Assembly (NCBI RefSeq): GCF_039925265.1
Contig: NZ_JBDSZG010000024.1
Location: 15,626-79,625 of the forward strand
Length of the DNA stretch: 64,000 nt
Source: Mucilaginibacter sp.
Lineage (GTDB): Bacteria > Bacteroidota > Bacteroidia > Sphingobacteriales > Sphingobacteriaceae
Reading direction: 5' to 3'
The position numbers were made by a program, and so were the translations under genes. Shown here piece after piece: positions 59,014 to 64,000 of the stretch; positions within the stretch are counted from its first letter, which is position 1, and each line of letters opens with the position of its first letter. The notes under the pieces were generated by a model. The model was not told the DNA's origin. It saw only the letters and a list, made by a program, of their open reading frames with translations, and did not search any database.

Positions 59014-60287
59014 AAGAGGGGGAGGAAAAAATAGATAGCATATTTAAAAAGCGCCTGGAGGACCCGGCGAACAACCTCGCTCACAACGAGGATGACTGGG
59101 ATGCCCTTGAACAAATGCTGGATAAAGGCAAAAAACGCCCCGTAATAGCATACTGGTTGCCTGTACTGAGTGGCATGGCGGCACTGTTGTTACTGTTTTT
59201 AGGCTGGTGGCTTTTTAAACCTCAGCAGGGCGCTGTTAAACCAAACCAACAAGTTGCAGTTAAAAAACGGGAGCCGCAAAGCGCAAACAGCGATACCAGC
59301 ATTAAAAACACACCACAGGCACCTGTAAGCGTGCCCATGAATAGCATAGCGGTTAACCCGCAAACAACCAATAAAAACCAGGGAGATATCTATTTGCCAA
59401 AAAGAAAACAGGCGGACGTAAAAGGAACGGCTGCCGCTGAAAATACAGGAACTACCATATTAGCTGCCAGTGGCATAACTACACCGCAGCAGAACAATAC
59501 GGTTGTAACACCGGTGCAAAAGGACACCGCACCACCAGTAAAAGCAAACATGATGGCCATGCAAAAAGACACCACGCCGACTGTAAAGACAATCGGCACA
59601 GCAAATGCCGGGCAGGCCGTAATAGCACAGATGGAACCGGCCAAAACAACCGAAAAGGTAAAAGTGAAGGCAGGCTCCTTTGGTGCTAATCGCCCGAGGT
59701 ATGCGCTGAGTGTAATTGCTTCATCAGATATTAACGGGGTTAACTCGTTCCAGCAAAGCAAGGTGGGCAGCAATTTTGGGGCAATGTTTTCGGTAAGCAT
59801 CAAAAAATGGACGATAACTACCGGGGCAACTTATTCTGTTAAGCCGTATGCAACCACGTTTGCAAATTACACCACGGCCTACCAGTTTAAGCAGGATCCA
59901 ACCAATGTTACCGCAGATTGCCGCATGTTGGATATTCCGCTGAATATTGGTTACCAGGTTTACCAGAAAGGTAAAAATAAGTTTTCGCTGGGTACGGGGC
60001 TGTCATCGTACTTTATGCTGCATGAAAATTACAAATATACATACAGTTCGGCATACCCTAACGGGCCGGCAAACTATACCGTTGCTAACCCGCAAAACTA
60101 TTTATTCAGCAACCTTAATTTAAACGCAACGTTCGAGCACCGGGTAAATTCAAAATTCAGTTTAAGTGTACAACCTTACCTGAAACTGCCGCTGAAGCCG
60201 GTGGGCTATAGCCAGGTAAACCTGCATACTGCGGGGGTAGCCGTTGGCTTCAACTGGAACATCAATTCATTCACCAAACCAAAGTAG
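59010..60287 (+). CDS. Putative anti-sigma factor with C-terminal outer-membrane beta-barrel
   Basis: ATGA overlap with sigma; short N-terminal cytoplasmic domain (DWDALEQMLD), one TM helix, P/T/A-rich linker, beta-strand-rich C-terminus (LDIPLNIGY, GFNW). Confidence 0.75.
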   Translation: MKEGEEKIDSIFKKRLEDPANNLAHNEDDWDALEQMLDKGKKRPVIAYWLPVLSGMAALLLLFLGWWLFKPQQGAVKPNQQVAVKKREPQSANSDTSIKNTPQAPVSVPMNSIAVNPQTTNKNQGDIYLPKRKQADVKGTAAAENTGTTILAASGITTPQQNNTVVTPVQKDTAPPVKANMMAMQKDTTPTVKTIGTANAGQAVIAQMEPAKTTEKVKVKAGSFGANRPRYALSVIASSDINGVNSFQQSKVGSNFGAMFSVSIKKWTITTGATYSVKPYATTFANYTTAYQFKQDPTNVTADCRMLDIPLNIGYQVYQKGKNKFSLGTGLSSYFMLHENYKYTYSSAYPNGPANYTVANPQNYLFSNLNLNATFEHRVNSKFSLSVQPYLKLPLKPVGYSQVNLHTAGVAVGFNWNINSFTKPK

Positions 60288-60288
60288 C

Positions 60289-60840
60289 ATGAAGTACATC
60301 TGTATTATTTTACTTGCCTGGTTAAGCATCAAAAACCAGGCAGGGCAGGATCTCTATGCCTGTAAAAACGCAAAGATCAGTTTATTTTCCTCGGCCCCGC
60401 TGGAGGATATACAAGCCTCGAGCAGCAGTGGCACATCGGTTTATAACCCTGCCACCGGCGACCTGGCCTTTAGTGTAGGCATCCGCTCGTTCCAGTTCCC
60501 AAAATCGCTGATGCAGGAGCATTTTAACGAGAACTATATGGAGAGCGATAAGTACCCCAAAGCCACCTTTAAAGGAAAGATAAAGGAACCGGTTGATGTA
60601 ACCAAAAACGGCAGCTACCCGGTAAACGTAACCGGCGAACTGAGCGTTCACGGTGTTACGCAAACCCGTACCATCCCCGGCACCGTAGTGGTGAACAATG
60701 GTACGGTAAGCATGACGTCGGAATTTATGGTGAAATGTGCCGACCATAAGATCGACATCCCCACGCTGGTATTCAAGAAGATTGCCGAGAGTATCAAAAT
60801 GAACGTATCGGCAACCTACACGGCAGTAAAAAGCAGCTGA
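60289..60840 (+). CDS. YceI-family protein
   Basis: Signal peptide, LMQEHFNENYMESDKYPKATFKG, GELSVHGVT, DHKIDIP. Confidence 0.9.
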   Translation: MKYICIILLAWLSIKNQAGQDLYACKNAKISLFSSAPLEDIQASSSSGTSVYNPATGDLAFSVGIRSFQFPKSLMQEHFNENYMESDKYPKATFKGKIKEPVDVTKNGSYPVNVTGELSVHGVTQTRTIPGTVVVNNGTVSMTSEFMVKCADHKIDIPTLVFKKIAESIKMNVSATYTAVKSS

Positions 60841-60860
60841 AACCCTATAACACATAAACA

Positions 60861-61805
60861 ATGAAGAAGCTAATATCCCTTGCAGCCTGCGCTGTAATTA
60901 GTACCGCCGTATGGGCGCAAACCACACCGGCCCAAAGCAAAACCGCAGCAGATTCGCTGCTGAACAGTATGGATAGCGGTACCAAGGCCGAACCCGTTAT
61001 CGCTACCTTTAAATCAACCCGGTTAATTTTGGGTGCCACTACCGAAACCGTTAAAAAGAATAACCTCAACTTTTTGGTGATCCACCGCTTCGGCGATATA
61101 GGCGGTTCGGAAGGCGGGGGTAAAACCCTCTTCGGCCTTGATAATTCCAGTGATATTTACATCGGCTTTGAGTACGGCCTTAGTGATAATCTGGATATCG
61201 ATTTTGGCCGCAGCAAATTTGCGCAGCAGGTAGATCTGGGGCTGAAGTACGCCATCATTCACCAAACATCAGACAACGCCACGCCATTTGCCGTAACCCT
61301 TTTGGGCAAGGCGGGCATAAAAGCCTACCATGCCGACCAGGGCGAGTTCCCAACCTTTACGGATAGATTTGCCTACGTGGCGCAGGCGATCATCGCCCGT
61401 AAGTTCTCAGCGAATTTTTCCCTGCAGTTAACGCCAACCTATGTGCGCGACAATTCACCCTTTCCGTTTTTGGCGGGGAATGAGCGCAGCTTTTTTGCCA
61501 TGGGTATAGCAGGCCGCTTAAAGGTGACCAAACGGATGGGCATCGTGGTAGATTACGCGCATCCCTTCTCTTCCTTCCGTAGCAACGCGACGGGCGATAA
61601 CGCCTTTTACGATCCGCTGGGTATAGGTATTGAGATAGAGACAGGCGGGCACGTGTTCACCATCGTGTTCAGCAATGCCAAGGCGATCTCCGAAACCAGC
61701 TACTTAAGCGCCAGCCAGAGCGATTGGGGCAAAGGGCAGTTTAGGTTAGGGTTCACCATTTCGAGGATGTTCAGCTTTAACAAAAAGGCCAAAAAAGCTT
61801 ATTAA
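60861..61805 (+). CDS. DUF5777-family beta-barrel protein
   Basis: FKSTRLI, IHRFG, IETGGHVF, GFTISRMF. Confidence 0.8.
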   Translation: MKKLISLAACAVISTAVWAQTTPAQSKTAADSLLNSMDSGTKAEPVIATFKSTRLILGATTETVKKNNLNFLVIHRFGDIGGSEGGGKTLFGLDNSSDIYIGFEYGLSDNLDIDFGRSKFAQQVDLGLKYAIIHQTSDNATPFAVTLLGKAGIKAYHADQGEFPTFTDRFAYVAQAIIARKFSANFSLQLTPTYVRDNSPFPFLAGNERSFFAMGIAGRLKVTKRMGIVVDYAHPFSSFRSNATGDNAFYDPLGIGIEIETGGHVFTIVFSNAKAISETSYLSASQSDWGKGQFRLGFTISRMFSFNKKAKKAY

Positions 61806-61825
61806 TCCTACTAAAATACAACACC

Positions 61826-62251
61826 ATGGAAAGACAACAATTTTTAGCGAAGCTGGGCATCGGCCTGGCGGCTGTTTGTACCGGATGCAGTTTAGTATCT
61901 TGCGGCAGCAACCCCAAAAACGAAGACCCCACGCCAACCGCCGATGGTAATATATTTACCACCAATTTGGATAGTGAATTGCTGAATGTGGGCGATGCCA
62001 AGGTATCCAACGGTGTAATTTTAGCCCGTATCGCGGCAGGCAATGCGGTCGGCTCGTTCTCCGCGGTGCAGGTGGCCTGTACACATGAAGGGACTTTCAT
62101 TAATTATAACCAGGCCGGGGGGATCTACATTTGCCCGCTGCATGGCAGCCGTTTCAGCAAAGAAGGCTTTGTACTGCAAGGGCCGGCAGCATCATCCCTC
62201 AAAAAATACAACGTAGTAATTACCGGCGCAAGCTTAAACGTGCGGGCATAA
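61826..62251 (+). CDS. Rieske (2Fe-2S) domain lipoprotein
   Basis: CTHEG and CPLHGSRF ligand boxes; Tat-like ERQQFL leader and LVSC lipobox. Confidence 0.88.
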   Translation: MERQQFLAKLGIGLAAVCTGCSLVSCGSNPKNEDPTPTADGNIFTTNLDSELLNVGDAKVSNGVILARIAAGNAVGSFSAVQVACTHEGTFINYNQAGGIYICPLHGSRFSKEGFVLQGPAASSLKKYNVVITGASLNVRA

Positions 62252-62277
62252 GATTGTTTAATTTTGATATGATAGGG

Positions 62278-62311
62278 GCGGCCTATTCCTGGTTAGGATG
62301 GGCCGTTTTTT
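62278..62311 (+). terminator. Intrinsic terminator closing the sigma operon
   Basis: GCGGCCTATTCCT-GGTT-AGGATGGGCCGT imperfect stem followed by a T run. Confidence 0.55.
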
Positions 62312-62367
62312 ATTATTGGCGGAGACATTAATAAACACTACATTAGTTTACGTAAACCTAAGCTGAT

Positions 62368-63347
62368 ATGGAAACTCCGCGCATTACGCGTAAGCAAATA
62401 CATATCGTAAGCAAGCATAGCCAATGGCCGGCCGGCGGTATCAAACAAACGCTCCATGATGAAGGCATTTATGCCAATACCGGAAGCTGGGCTAAATTTA
62501 TCGACGTTGCACTACTAAGCCTCGGCGTTGCTTTTGCCGTTGCAGGCATCATATTCTTTTTCGCTTACAACTGGCATACCTTGCACAAGTTTGCAAAACT
62601 CGGTATTGCACAGCTGCTGTTACTTGCAGCTGTTTTGGTGGTTTTGTTTGTAAAACTGCCGGGATTGATCAAGAATATCGTTCTTACCGGTGCATCAGTG
62701 CTTGTAGGCTTATTATTCTCTGTTTTTGGGCAGATATACCAAACCGGTGCCGAGGCCTATGATTTTTTCTTAGGTTGGACGGTATTCATTCTCATTTGGG
62801 CCATCGTAGCCGAGTTTGCCCCGCTGTGGCTCATCCTTCCTTACTAATTAACACCACTATAGTTTTTTATAGCGCGCAGGTGGGGCCTACATGGGAAGCC
62901 ACAACGCTCTGCTTAGTGCTTTTTGCCATAAATGTTGGGGCAATTGGTATAACGCAATTGTTTTACCGGGGCCGCACTGCGGGGATGGTGCCGGGTTATT
63001 TTAGCAAAGTAGTGGCTTTAAGTGCTGCCGGCTGCATAACCGTTAGTATAGTTACTGGCATATTTGATAGTTACAATGGTTATGCCGATACGCTTTGGAT
63101 AGCTTTACTGGCGCTTGTTTTGGTTTATGGATTTGCGGTAAGTTATAGTTTAAAAAACCGGTCGCTTTATTACCTGTGTATCATCCCGTTAAGTATCATT
63201 ATTATCATATCGTCATGGCTGTTTAAGGTGTTTGCCAGGAACTCCGGGGGGGTGTTTTTTTTCGTTAGCCTTTTTGTCATCATTAGTATTACGGTATTGG
63301 TAAACGCACTCATCACCCTAAATAAAAGCTGGAATGGAAACAAATAG
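62368..63347 (+). pseudogene. DUF2157-like membrane protein split by a one-base frameshift (or sequencing error)
   Basis: ORF 62368-62847 (FFFAYNW, GQIYQTGA) stops at LILPY*. The hydrophobic product continues as SLLINTT... in another frame to 63347; adding one base near 62836-62840 fuses them into about 326 aa. Confidence 0.7.
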
Positions 63348-64000
63348 TAAAGTAGACACACTTTTACAGACCGTTAGCGAAGAGTATGATTGGGACTTGT
63401 CAATACACCGCGAGGCCATTGAAAAAGAATTGACGGCAGATGAAAGCTCGTATCAGGGGCTGGGGATCAAATTATTGTCCATTGCGGGCGGTTTGCTGGC
63501 TGCCGGCTTCTTTTTGGGTTTTGTTGGCATAACGCTCATGTCAGTGCCCGCTTTGGCCATATTTATCGGTTTATTGGTAATGGGCTGCGCTATCGTATTA
63601 AATAAAACATCTACCAACACGGTTTTAGATACTCTGCTTATATCATCATACCTGGCCAGCTATGCCATGGTGGGCTTTGGCATGTCTCAAATGCGTATGG
63701 ATTCCAATATAATTGCAACCGCGTTGCTGCTATTGGCCATTATAACCCCTGTCATCACATCGGGCTATATGTTGAATTTCTTTTCGGTGCTGGTCGCTTC
63801 CGCATGTTTGTTCTCCTTCGTTTTTATAAACGATAGCTACGAAACTGTACACGTGTACACCTTGCTGTTTGCGGCCGGTTATGCCTGGTTAAGCTTGTCC
63901 GAAACCGAATTGATTGCACAAAACCCGCCTTTGAATACCCGGTATATGGCATTGCGAAATGGTTTCCTTTTCGCGTTTATAGGGCTTTTATGCTATTTGG
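63334..64000 (+). CDS. DUF4401-like membrane protein, partial
   Basis: Not in the ORF track. ATG 63334 gives METNSKVDTLLQ...GIKLLSIAGGLLAAGFFLGF..., open to the window end; follows the DUF2157-like gene. Confidence 0.7.
   Translation, partial: METNSKVDTLLQTVSEEYDWDLSIHREAIEKELTADESSYQGLGIKLLSIAGGLLAAGFFLGFVGITLMSVPALAIFIGLLVMGCAIVLNKTSTNTVLDTLLISSYLASYAMVGFGMSQMRMDSNIIATALLLLAIITPVITSGYMLNFFSVLVASACLFSFVFINDSYETVHVYTLLFAAGYAWLSLSETELIAQNPPLNTRYMALRNGFLFAFIGLLCYL

Overview
Bacteroidota DNA, most like Sphingobacteriaceae/Mucilaginibacter (inferred from gene content, TAnnTTTG promoters and intergenic repeat style). 1-15.8 kb is mixed housekeeping and accessory: a partial GlxA-type regulator, paired DHFR-like and DUF805 genes, pgi, prfB with its +1 frameshift site, a PIN toxin-antitoxin pair, a LytS/LytTR pair, an orphan Tdi1/SMI1-like immunity gene and a deoxyhypusine-synthase-like gene. 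16-33 kb is an alternative complex III (actA-F) plus A1-type cytochrome c oxidase cluster with heme and copper assembly genes. The most striking part is 34.7-62.3 kb. It holds two cobalamin-binding radical SAM enzymes, a SPASM/twitch radical SAM enzyme, three class I methyltransferases, an amidohydrolase, a deacetylase, a GNAT, six glycosyltransferases, two Wzy/WaaL-like proteins, a Wzx flippase, an ABC exporter and an ECF sigma/beta-barrel anti-sigma pair. These fall into seven apparent transcription units, and each is preceded, in the correct orientation, by the same motif GCAAC[C/G]-N16-CG[T/A]N[A/T]T. One copy lies upstream of the ECF sigma gene itself. I infer an ECF-controlled regulon that builds a radical-SAM-modified (possibly C-methylated) envelope glycan or glycolipid; the product is unknown. 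Several REP-like and inverted periodic repeat elements and one frameshifted gene were also seen. Family assignments are from motif recognition by eye; no database searches were run.
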